Source: Basidiobolus meristosporus CBS 931.73 (Eukaryota; Fungi; Basidiobolomycota). Taken from it: a stretch of DNA of 64,000 nucleotides. The notes under the pieces were generated by a model. The model saw only the letters and a list, made by a program, of their open reading frames with translations. It had not been told where the DNA came from and searched no databases. Shown here in pieces: positions 11,462 through 24,000 of the stretch. The position numbers and the translations under genes were made by a program. The stretch spans positions 62,001 to 126,000 of the forward strand of contig MCFE01000172.1 of NCBI GenBank assembly GCA_002104905.1, written 5' to 3'. Numbering within the stretch: position 1 is the stretch's first letter; each line of letters begins with the position of its first letter.

Positions 11462-14008
11462 TTACTGAGAGCCGAAGCATCTTTCCACCGATCTCTCGTC
11501 ATTTCCCCACCAGTATGGCATAGCTACGGTTTTGAATGCGCTAAAGAACAGAAAAATGCACAAGAGTGACAAATTATACCCTGTATCTGCTGCCGCCCCC
11601 ACGAGATAGTTGTACTTCTTCCATGTCTCATGGCGATACCGGAAGAAATAGAACATGCAGACGAAGCCACCAATGAACTGGGACAATGGTCCAGTGGAAA
11701 CGTTGCCGTAGAACACCTCCATATAAGAGGAGAAAATAGTGACGTTCCAGAGATCGAATCTCAATTTGGGGAATTTCTTGTGAAGGAGGTAAACAGCAAT
11801 TGGTGCCAATACTCCAAGCAAGAATCCCCACAAAAGAGGAGAATACATCGAGAGTTGGAAGAGGCGAGCTGGCCCCACGAGACCATACTGGACTGCAGAA
11901 TTATTGTAGCTGGTAGGGTTTTGGCCTGTCCACTGATTGAGGGGGTCTTTCTCGGTGCCATCAAGGTAGGGGCGCTTAGTATCGATTACCCAACGAATGA
12001 CGAGATAGTTGATGGGAATGCCAATGATATTTCCCCAGATTTGGGAGAAGAAGGTGGCTCTGGGTGGAATGTGCATGTAATGACCAATTTTCTGATCTTG
12101 AAGGATTGTCTGCGCTCTGTACCAGCATTGACCAGCGACGATTCGATAGACGAGAGATCCGATAGGATGTGTTCCAGGCGCAAGGTAGCCATAGATTAGT
12201 TCATTAAAGGTACCGACCGCGACCTGATAATTACTGATGGCATAAATGTATCCCATAGGGACTACAGTTGCTGCTCCCAGTACAACTCCGACAAGGTAGG
12301 TCCACCTAAACAGTCATTCGAGTTAAAACCGGTTTTCAACGGTCTTGAAAGATTGAACTTACCATGGAAGATACAAGTCTTGCGTGAGGATGAGAACGGT
12401 CATGGTGACGAAACAGCAGATAAACAGAAGGATATACCACCTAACGAAGATAAATCTGCATTAGATGCGCGCATGGAGATTAAATACCTTCTGCCTTACC
12501 AGAGGGGCACTTCGGGATAAGCAGCCATTAGCTTGTTAAGTCTATCGGGCTCGGCACGCTTCTGACGGTTGTATAGTCGTTTGATGGTTTTCCATATTTT
12601 AGGGCCAGCAAAGAGGCCAATATACATAAAGGCGGAAATAAAAGTGCAGTACCCAAAGAACAGCATCCTAGAAAAGCAGCTTAAGAGCATGAAGGGGCAT
12701 CGTGTATCTTGTCGTCACATACCACATTTGGTAGGTACCCATGTACACGGGTCCAAACTCCTCATAGGCGGTTTCATTAAACTTCATTTCGGCAGTCATC
12801 AGCTTTTGGAAAGGATATCTCTCTCCGCTAGCAGTAAAGAGTTTGTTCGACATGATAGGGAACTCTCTGCCTCTCCACAAATCCCCGAAGTACGACATGG
12901 GAACCAAGATCCACACACTGATGACAAAGGCCACAAAACCAGTTACCTGAGTCCACCATGGGTAGAGCATGATATTACTTGTGATATTAGCCCAGTCCAG
13001 AGTGAAGTTCAAGACACCCATGCCACCAAGGCCTGATCCCACAAACGATACAGTATCATTGTAAGGTGCAAACCAACACAACACTGCTAAACTTGAAGTG
13101 AAGGGGAAGATATATTGTGGAAAGAACTCCCAGACGAATACTCCCGCTAACACCATCCAAAAAACCTTCATTTGCTTTTTAGAGGTAGCATCCATCACCA
13201 TGTCACTGCGCAGGGTTCTATACAAGGTTGTCTGCATTAGTGCGGCAGGCCAGATGAGCTCAGGGTCGTAAATCAGGAAGTTCCTGGCGATGGCGGCGAA
13301 GGAATATCCAGTCCAGATAGTGGCAACCATCAATGCTGTAGGATGAGCGCATTAGATGCTTGGAGATAGTTGAAGATAAGCTCTTAAAACGTACCAATCG
13401 CACCTAGAGGGTGCATCTGCTCATGATAGAACAAGTCCTTGACGGAGACCACGATTTCACCCAAGTTGGAGGTTGCCCCCGAACTAGCACTAAGCGTAAT
13501 CAACACGTGCTCTTTGATTGAAAAAGGCCCAGGGTTGAGATTGAACTTGAAGCCGAAAACGTTGATCTCTTTCTCTGGAAGGAATCGATGCATCCAGTGC
13601 CCAGCCCAGTGAGTACAGATCTGCACGAAGAAGAGCGAGTATGGCGCATAAGTTGTTCGGAACCAAGTCAGCTGTGACACGAAGGCTCCGAGACCCACGA
13701 ATATGAAGGAAAGGACGAAATATCTGTTGGTCAAAAAAGGGCAAGAAGTAAGCATCGGCAAACCAGCCTTATGGGGAAGCTCGTTACCTGAAAGTTAGCG
13801 TTGGTAGCTCTGGGTTGTCCTCCATCGAAACAATATCCTTGACGATTTGTGGGATTCCTTCTAGTTCTGGGTCCTCCCCTTTCTCATCGGTTGAGATCAC
13901 CTTCTCCTCTGTCTTCAGGATCTCTTCATAATCAATCTTGTCTGTAGCTTTGTCCAGCTGTTTGTCGTTCTTCTTCAGATCCGAGGAAGCTATTTCCTGA
14001 GAGGTCAT
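11462..14008 (-). CDS. OPT family oligopeptide transporter (Isp4/Opt-like), multi-exon
   Basis: PTLTFR|YFVL, NPGPFSIKEHVLIT, WPAALMQTTLY, GMGVLNFTLDW, YPEVPLW, KIGHYMHIPPR and KYNYLVGAAADTG motifs. Exons join in frame through GT-AG introns; start MTSQEIA at 14008. Confidence 0.95.
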
Positions 14009-14269
14009 TGCTTGGAATATTCCTGCAAACAATTTCTGTGAGGCACAATGTTCGCCGTGGCTTGCTTATATATGAAGATGGTATGAGTTCATCGAGACCA
14101 GTACTTCCATCCACGCTAAATTTCCATCATCCGCAAAATTGGCTTGTTATGGCGTGATTCTTGTGAACTGTCTTAATTCTGATGAGGACTTCATCTGAAT
14201 GGAATAGCGCAGGGTAGCGTAGCGTCAGAGGCAAATAAGCAACTACCTCAATCTTATTCTACCAAAGTA

Positions 14270-14720
14270 GATCGGCATCCTGCCCATCTAGTGGATTTAC
14301 AATAAGCACGCTAGATGTGAGATGCATAAAAAATTCCCATAATTGGTTAAGGTAACATGGTGCGAAACCATAAAGGGTATCTTTTGCCTTTCTTCAATGA
14401 CTGCTGCGTTGGTTTGGCGAATGTCGACCATTGTTCTTCACGAATTATTAACATCAAGTGAGAAGCAAGTCGTGCTGGGGCGGCGGATACAAAGTACACG
14501 AGCACCATCAATGTGCTGATGCCGTAGTGCTTCTCCCGCCTCTTTTTCTGGGCCTTCTCGAAGGAGGTGAATGATGGTGCTTTCTAAGTATCCGGCTGCT
14601 CTTCAGGCAACTCTGATGGTCCGGAATTTGGTCATTTTCGGGAAATTTCCAAAAAGGGTCGAACTGTTCCACGAAGCCATTGGAGTCTTGGTTCTAATAA
14701 TCCCAATTCCCAAGATGCAC
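14270..14720 (-). mobile_element. Decayed non-LTR retrotransposon reverse transcriptase fragment
   Basis: With frameshifts the minus strand reads ESTIIHLLREG / EKHYGISTLMVLVYFVSAAPARLASHLMLIIREEQWSTF / I*RAYCKSTRW. This matches the order of LINE RT motifs (I.li.K.G; YRPISLL; RL...II..EQ.GF; D..KAYD.V.W). Confidence 0.4.
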
Positions 14721-16105
14721 TACGTGGCTGCATCGAACTACTTTGGCAAATGTTGTCAGAGTTGTGAAATATCACCAAACACTGTACAACGTTGAGCTTG
14801 ATTCTTGGTTACGAATCAAGCACCACACTGCGTTATTGGACGACGGAAGAAAATGATTCCTGGCAACTTACATTGAGTGAGGGAAGCCATTGGCTGCCGC
14901 CTTACAATGGGATTGATTGGAGATCCTTGTCATATACCAATAACGGTGGAGTGCCGTCAGGTTTTGCACTAGACCCATGAATATTCTGCAGGCTTGAAGC
15001 ACGTAAGTTCTGGTTGTGGGATCAAATGCCGAGGGTGGGAGTTAGGATGAGAGTGTCCTGGTAGCGGGATTCATGGAGGCGCTCCTGAATTCAATCCCAA
15101 GGAGCTCGGATCAGCATACCAATTTGACTTTTAAGCGCAATACGTGTTTGTCCTACCTGATAGGTGACTCTGTAGAGCTCACTCTAGCGAGGTATTTCAC
15201 ACTTTTAGTTGCGGGCGATTGGCGGCTGGGTTGAAATGCAACGTTCCATATTCTGCCATAGTACACCCATTGCTGATGCTGATGATCCTCCTGATTATTG
15301 GATTCGAAGTAAGCTACATCTTGCTACCCATTCTTCTGGCGGAGTCGATAGGTGCACTGAACGACTTCAAGGCCGTTCATGCCTAGACCTTGTAAGTCAG
15401 ATGATTCTCATTCGCCCTCTGATGACGACTTCCAGGTTTGCTCTAACCTTACAGCTAAAATCTCAATAGCTCGGAGCGAGCCCCAATTATTCAGCAAAAC
15501 CGCCGAATGAGGTCCAATATGGAAACTCTCTAATGCTTATTCTCAATCCCATTTAAAAATCAGTCGATTGTTAGTGAAGCTAGGCCGGATTATTAATCTA
15601 GCAGCTACACTCCTGAATCATATTTCTCGTGTAAGCCTCAAGTGGTGGCTTTGATATCCCCTAGTAAATGATCTTTGCTGAAGCAGAAAACGGTCCTTGG
15701 TAAATTGGTAGAAGATTGTAGGAAGAGCCTACAGGTAGGAAGGAGCAACATTTGATAACGAGTAGCCAGTTAGCGGTTTTCCGACAAATCTAATCCTCAA
15801 GATACACCCTTACAACTAGAGTTGTATGCTCAATACAGAACGACACTTTCAATGCTACATCCGTCTCTAAACAACACCAGTGCTTCCGACATCAGATCCT
15901 TGGTAAGTTTGAGCCACCTATGGAATCTAAAACACAATTTTAATCAAAATCCCGAGAATGAGGATTAGTCATGCGAATTTCGAGTCTCTAAGCGAAAATC
16001 TTGCAGATTCGCAGTTCTGTCGTAGGCAGGAGTTTTTGAAAAGCCCGAAATTATTCTTAGGCCTGACTGTGACTTGACCATAACTACTGTGAAGTAATCG
16101 CTAAA

Positions 16106-17075
16106 ATGTTCTCATTTCTCCGTCGTTCTGCAGATGTCTTACGTGAGGAGACTAGAAAAGGTAGGTCTATTTAGTTTTTCGCTTGTCAACGAAGCCCTGA
16201 TTGGAGCTGACTATTCTAATAATGTTAGCCATGACGTTTGAGAATATGAGATGGAGAAGAGAGCTTCCCATCCTAGAAATCAGTAAGAAGGAGGACCTCA
16301 ACAATTGGATTGTTGGTTCCGATAAAGACATTGGTGGTACGTAATGAATCTCCCCAACTTGGTTGGATCTCTGACACCAACGCAAACTATCTTCAGGTTT
16401 CTCTTCTGCCCAACTGGAACTTTCACCCGAGGGGAAAGGTAGGGTTCTTGTGACCACTTCATAGCCCGGGCCTCTTATAACATTTTCTGGGGTTAGGTCG
16501 TTTCCATGGACATCTCTCACTGGAGCTTCCTGAGCAACTCGATATCAAGAAGAGCGGCTATGCCGGACTTCGTTCGAAGGTATGTATCTAAGGACTATTT
16601 TTCTGGTGAAATGAGTGTCGCGCTAACTTGTTCGGATGATAGAATCCTCCCTCTACCCTGTGGGGTGCTCAATATTGGGACACTACACCGTTCCGCTACC
16701 TTGCTGTCCGTGTTAAAGGGGATCACCGGAAGTATTTCGTCAATCTTCAAACCGACGGGTACGTCAAAACTGATCTCTTTCAACATCGCTTATTCCTGAA
16801 AAAGCCTGGAGAGTGGGAGACGGTCATGGTAATTCACCACCACACAATCTAGCAGCCATTTCTGCGGCTGACCTTACCCATTCTAGATCCCCTTCCGCGA
16901 CTTCATCCTTACCAACAACGGAATTATCCAGAACCGCCAAGTGAACATGTATCGGGAAAAGGTCAAGAACTTCGGATTCTCCATCATTGACCGACAGGAA
17001 GGTCCATTTTCGTTGGAGATCGACTGGATCAAAGCCATGAATACTGAAGATACTGACGGCGACGTGGACATCTAA
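16106..17075 (+). CDS. CIA30: Mitochondrial complex I assembly factor CIA30/NDUFAF1, 6 exons
   Basis: Manual splicing gives MFSFLRRSADVLREETRK|AMTFENMRW...NWIVGSDKDIG|GFSSAQLEL...|GRFHGHLSLELP...SGYAGLRSK|NPP...WDTTPFRYLAVRVKGDHRKYFVNLQTDGYVKTDLFQHRLFLKKPGEWETVM|IPFRDFILTNNG...EGPFSLEIDWIKAMN*. All introns are GT-AG. Confidence 0.93.
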
Positions 17076-18018
17076 ATGGCAACCTCAATTCAGTTTTATG
17101 TATCAGCTGCCGTATCCTACTTGCATTCAATAACAATTGGCAATATATCGATGCTTTGTTTTCCGATCCTTCACAATGTACATTCATACTATCACTGAAA
17201 AGGCGTCCATTCAATAAACTGATACGTATGATCATCATAATATGATACCAAATCACGCCCAATCCGTCTAAGTTCATCCTTAAAGCTGTGACTTGCATGT
17301 CTGGGGGCGGAGACAAGCTACGTTTAGTCACGCACCCAGCAAAGATTTACCTGTGTGCTCCCGAGTTGTTTTCTTGCTTGCATGTACTCCGTCGTTCGGC
17401 TCCATGGGCGATGCAAGTTTGACCGATTCGTCTGACCATGAAATTTTCCACAATCAGTCATGGGAATTCGATATTTCCCATAGGTAGGAAATCACTATGA
17501 ATCCCATACTTATGGTCATTCAATCCACCACTATATGACCCATCCGAGCTCACGACAGATCCTTATCCGTCTTTATCGTGGTTGGAGTAAGCATTTCCGT
17601 GAAGTACCTACTGAGATTTGCTCTGCTGACACCCCATGTATTCAACCTATCGAGAGGTTACTCTCTGTGTAGAGTGGCCTCAATTTTTGGAAGCCGCTGA
17701 AGTGGCTTAAATTTAAAATCAAAGGCAGCGTTTGTAGGATATATGAATGATAGTAAGAAGTTGCAAGGACACCAACAAACTTCTCCGAAGTCAGATCAAT
17801 TCACCTGGCTAATTTCCCAAAATTTGGACTGATGTGAATGAAAACCGCTTTTCGGTGTTTTACTTTATTTCAGTGAATATATTCTATGAGTACTTACAAA
17901 ATTGTCGGCTCCAAAGAAGAACGGATGGTCGGTGGGAAAAAACTAATAGAGCAGAATGAAGGGTACATAAGAAACTGGGATGCGTTTGATCCTATGTAGC
18001 GGCGCTCATGGGTTGAGG

Positions 18019-21000
18019 TTAGTTTTGGAGATGGAGGCTGCTTAGTGCAGTTCCTCTGGCCACCTCTGACATCACTTTGGTTAGGTTGTCTTTGTGGCAT
18101 GGTTTGGTTAAGCACATGTCCATTCCAGCAGCTAGACATTCCTCCTTGGTCTTCGACTGGGCGTCTGCAGTTAACGCAACAACCGGAATCCTACGCGGCA
18201 GAAGGTTTTCTTTTTCAAAATTACGGATCCTACGAGTGGCCTCGTATCCGTCACAGAGCGGCATCATCTTATCCATAAATATACATGCAAATCCGTTGGG
18301 CTTATCTTTGTAGGCGTCCACAACCTCCAGCCCATTATTAGTTACAGTCACATCGTAGCCCATTTTCTCCAGCATCCGAGTAATCAGCCGCTGTGCTACA
18401 AGATTGTCTTCAGCAACCAAAACGTGCATCCCCTTGCTACCCTTTTCGTTGGCCGATCCATTCTTCGATCTGGAGCCCTTGTCCGCAAGGGAAATCTTGG
18501 CTTTTTTCCGGGGTGTATGGCTGGGACTAACTGCCGTAGCGGTGGTGGCGGTAGCAACCGCGGGTAGGGAAAGTGGAACGACGGGAGGCGGGGCGGCTGT
18601 AGAAGTTTCGTCTACATAGTCAAGGTCGAACATCTCCATGACGCTCCTCAACAACTTAATTCTTCTTACCGGCTTTGTGATACGCCGGATTTTGGCTTGT
18701 CGTGAGCCAGGGAGCTCGTATTCGTCAACTTTCACGGATGATGGATAGGTCAATATCATGATTCTAAGGTCACGGATTAGATCCCAGCTGTCGGTTTCGG
18801 TAAGCTTCTCCCAAAGCTCGTTATCAACTATTGAGTCCAAGATCATTACATCGAAAGGTTGACCTTCGGCTGCCGCGCTTTTTATCTTATCCAGAGTCTC
18901 CTGCGTGCTCACACAGGTAACACAATAGAATGGAGTAAGGTAGTTAGCAATCATCGTGTTGATACACTGGTGGGAGTTGATCAAGAATTTAGGGTTCTCC
19001 TTAAAAGTACGGATCTGTGTGGTGAGAAGTTCGACCTCGGGAGCGCTCTTAATCGATGGCACAGATAACGACTCTTTCTTCAATGTCGCTGTGAACCAGA
19101 AGTTAGATCCCTTCTCCTTCTGACTAATCACACCAATCCGGCCCAGCATCAATTTGACAAGTTGAGAGCAAATGGACAGTCCTAGGCCCGTTCCACCATA
19201 CAATCGCGTGGTACTTCCGTCTACCTGGGAGAACGGTTGGAACAAATAGGCTTGTTCTTCAATGGTCATACCGATGCCCGTGTCCTCCACCTCTATCTTC
19301 AGAACGATGTCTTCATCACTTGGCGATTCTTGAATGATATGGCACCGCACTACGATGTATCCTTTATGCGTGAACTTGATTGCATTCCCCAACAGATTAA
19401 GTAAGATCTGTCTTAGCCGGTTCCCATCACCAATTAATATATTGGAGATATTCGGATCGACGTAGAATGCCACTTCAAGATTCTTCTTACTGACCAAGGT
19501 GATCAGAAGCTCGCACACGTCTCCCAAGAGATTTTCTATATTGAATGGTAACATCTCTAGTTCTACCTTACCTGCTTCAAGCTTTGAAAAATTCAACAGG
19601 TCGTCTACCACTTGCATCAATACATCGCACGATTGTTTGCACATTTCAATGTATTCCAATTGCTCCGCATTCAGTGGAGTATCCAGGAGGAGTGAGAGCA
19701 TACCCATCACTCCAGAGAAGGGTGTGCGTAATTCGTGAGACATATTAGCCAAAAAGTTGGATTTGAGACGTTGTTGTTGCTTCTGCTCGTCAATATCAGT
19801 ACACATGCCGAACCATTTAATTGGCGTACCACTAGAATCCTTGAGCGGCATGGCTCTGATAATGAACCAGCGATAAGCTCCACTGGCTCCCCGGATTCGG
19901 CATTCACATTCTAGCGTGAGGCCCTTTTGCAGACATACGGAATATTGCTGCTGGTGAATCTTCAAGTCGTCCTGGTGGATGCAGCTGGTCCATTTTGAGG
20001 TGGTTGCTTCTTCAAAGCTTTGCCCAGTATAGTTGCACCATGATGAGTTAACATAGTCAATGGTACCATCAGGATGGGCCGTGAACACTTGACATGGGAT
20101 ACATTCCAATAATAGCGAGTAACGTCGTTTACCATCCTCAACGTGGTAGAGCGCTTGTTTATGGCCGTTAATGTCCATCCACATGCTATACCAAGTATAT
20201 TTGCCATACTCGTCGCGTACGCAGACGTGCCGACCTAAGACCCATCTGTATTTTCCATCTCGTGAGAGCATTCGGAACTCCAGGTCACAGGGCTGTAGCT
20301 TACGAATAGACGATCTCCACTTGCTCATCATAGAATCTATGTCTTCTGGATGTATGAACTGGGACCAACCCCATTCCAAGAACTGACGTGAAGTAACACC
20401 AGTGAACTCCTCAATTTTGTCGTTTACAAACCAGCTGGATCCATCCCTATCGCCAATCCACACGACACACGGCAATGCGTTTACAAGAGTCAAGTAATGT
20501 TTCTTGGCCTGCTCTGTATCTCGCAGTTTGATTTGGATAGAGCGTAGAAGGGAAGCATTCACGAAACACAGTGCGATATGCTTGCACAGCAGCTGCATTT
20601 TCTGTAGGTTGTATTCCGCAACATCAGTATTTTCTATGTATAATGCACCGACCAGGTTGTTCTTATGAATCAGCGGAAAGACTACTGCATTGAATCTGCC
20701 ACCTATCGAGTTTCTCGTAATGTATTCCTGATCCTTTTTGGAGATGCTCTCTGGAAGTTCGTTGAGCATGTAGTCGAAGAACTCTACTGATTTGCTTGCA
20801 AGTGCCTTGTCCACAAGTGAAGCGCATACAAAGTTTACATCGTTGTATGGAATGGTGGGGCTTAGCACGAAAGAACCTTCGTCATGAGCCCATTTAGCAG
20901 TAACGGATAATTTCCCTTCATCAAATAGAATCAGACTCCCAGAGTAGATGGGGACATAGTGTAGCGTTTGTTTGAGGATCTGTTGGATCAAGGCTTCATA

Positions 21001-24000
21001 CTCCAACTCCGAAGATATTTGCTGGAGCGTCTCAACAAACTCGACCATCATCTTATCCGCTGGTAGAGTGTTATCCAAGGATGGTGTAACTTCAGGTTCG
21101 GTAGAGGTCGATGTGGAGGTAAGCTGTGTGGCAATGCTATTGCCGTGTGAATCATCTGTTTGGCACGCTACAGATGCAGTACAGACAATACCGGAAAGAG
21201 CTGGCAAGCTAGATATCCAATTGTCTTGCATACGTTGCAGCTGTTGAGCCTTCTCGTAGGCACCCCATCGACTATATGTTTTGATGGACTGGTCCAGAAC
21301 TGTCATTCCAACCGTAACATATCCTCTTCGGAATAAAAATTCTGCATAAAGTTCGTAAGCAAGTGCCTCGTAATGGACCAGTTTCAACCGACGTGACTGT
21401 TGTGCTGCTTGTTCGTAAAAGTCCATCGCTTTGATAGAATCCCCTTTTAACGCAGCCAGCTCTGCGTCTACAATTAGGAAGAGAGCAGTATGTGCACCAT
21501 ACACTTGGCCAAGTATCCATTTTTCGGTAATCTTCTGGTTCTCTAGGATGGTTTCTAGAGCTTCTGCTACCTGGCTATCATTAAGCTGCCCTTTACGGAT
21601 CAAGGCGGCGAGGGTGAGGGAATGAAGACAGACAGCCCATTTCCGGAAGTTGTCAATGGCAACTGTACTATCAGGGAGTTCTTTGCTTCGTCGAACTGCG
21701 TCTAATGCCTCCTGGTAATAACCCAAGAAATAGAATGCGATCACTCGGGTTCTCAGATGCCATATGAGCGAGTGGTTAAACCTGGGCTCGCTGATCATAA
21801 CGTGGAGAAGATTCTCTTCAAAGAATTGACCGTCGTCGAAGATTAGGTTCACTGAGCCACGAATGCATTTCCCTTGCAATGCTAGCACAAGTCTAGAAAT
21901 GCTAGTAATAGCATATGTCAAGTTGTTGTCTGGGTGCAGTTTGAGCAACTCTAAGCTGCTTGCTTTAGCATCCTTCAAAACGTCGCAAAGTGGGAATCCT
22001 AAAAAGAACTTATTGATGGCAGCCATGCCAGAGGATAACGCTGAAATTTTCATATTGCCAGCGGCAACTGCCAACTCTTGTGATTGTCTCAAGAAGGTCA
22101 GTCCATGGTAGGGATCATTCTTCATGTGGTTTGTATATGTTGCAAAGAGCATATATACTTTGGCTTTGATATCTGGCCCTGCGAATTTCTTGGCCACACG
22201 AAGTCCGAACTCTCCACATTCGTAGGCGAACTCTCCCTTCTCAAACATCTGTGCATAATGTGCACCAAAGTAAGTGAAAGCCTCACAGGAATGCGCACTA
22301 AGTCCATGTTTCAACGTCAATTTGATCATAATAGCAGTGATAACTATATGCAAATGACGAAGCCAGAAGATATACGGTGAATGAAGGGTTGGCGTCAAGA
22401 AATCCATTAAGATCAACACCTGTGGTTGGTCACACCATTTAAGGCGCTCCTCCAACGTCTTGATGTTGGCTAAGAGAGGCTCATTCTCGACTTCCTCCAC
22501 AATAGTGTTCACCTCAGCCTCCGAAGGATGCTTGTTAACCTCAAAGCCAAACTCGTGCAAGCATTTTAAAATTGTCTGTATGGCCTCCTCGAATTGATTG
22601 GTGGACATCTGTACTTCATAAATATGTGTATATACTTGACACTTATGAATCAGAGTCTTCGCCTCCGACAATAATTGATTTAGCATCTTGGAAGCTTCTC
22701 CGAACTCCTGGCAAACGCTAAGCATTTCCGCGCATTCGAGCATTAGTGAAAATGACTCCTCATATGAGCAATCGATTCTTTCACTCAGGGAAGAAGGATC
22801 CAGCAAGGTAATGGCTTTCTGATAGTAAATAAGCGAGTTCTCTAGTGCGCCAAGAGCTTTAGCTTTGGCACCGGCAGCGGCCAAACACCTTCTATAATCG
22901 GAACGATCCTCAAGCTGATTGATAAGGTTGAGCGCCTGTGTAAAATGATCCGCAATCTGGAAGACATTGATATCGTTTTGCTTCAGTAACAACTGTCCAA
23001 TATTTAGGTGAAGTCGGCTTTTGGTGTCCTTATCCAATAGCTCACGAGAGGCTTCTTGAATGATGTCGTGCAAGAAGTAATACCAGTCTTCTCCAGGAAA
23101 GTATCTAATAAACCCTTCATCGATAGCAATTTGCAGTAGCTCCTGGGTGGGAAACGGCGGTTGGAGCAGGGAGTGCAATAAGTGAGCTCCAAATGTGTGA
23201 CCAATAGTACCGGCATAAGCCAACAACGTTTGTAGATCTTTCTTGATATTGCGAAGGCAACGAACCAGCAAATTAAAATCGATGACGTTGACGATCTTGC
23301 TGGCAATATCATCTAACTTCCAGTCCCAGCGCTTAGTGTCGTAGTTGAATTGGATACGTTTCTCACGGTACAGGGCAATAAGTATTTGCGATAAAGCAAA
23401 TGGATTCCCTTTGGCAGTAGCACAGCAAGCTACTAAAGAATCGATAGAATCCACTTCTTGAGAGACGGTGTCTGCAATGAACTTTCGGACGTCCAACTCG
23501 CGCAAAGGAGCTAATGGAATCTCGGTCACTTTGACATCGTGATTAATCAATTCTTGAATCCATTTATTTTCTCTATCAGCCTCTCGCCTAGCTGCGATCA
23601 CTAATAGTCGTCCACAGTTGTTCTTCATCAGATATGAAAATAGGCTTAGCGTTGCTCGACTGGCACACTCCAATTTGTCCAGGAAACACGTCAATGTGAT
23701 ATCAAGGTTGGTGATTGCTCGAACCAGACTAAGGTAAGTAGTACAGAACCGCATATGTGACTGAGCAGGTGGAAGCGGCTCTACTGGAGGGTGGTGCGTA
23801 CCCACTACCATTTTCAGCTCGGGAATATCGTCCAATAGTATACTAACGTTGTTAGGGATTTGGGTCATAATGGAGATTCTCAGTTTCTGAAGCTCCTCGT
23901 CGGAACATTTGATGATTTCCTTGATGGTGCTTCGCAGGCATTGTGTGATCGCACCAAGGGGATAATGGCGCTTACACCTGCAAGATACAAAGATACCATG

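Noticed and set aside
16167-17071. Minus-strand ORFs resembling a degenerate protein kinase (HGNDLTPENVI)
   Set aside because: They are antisense to the well-supported spliced CIA30 gene.
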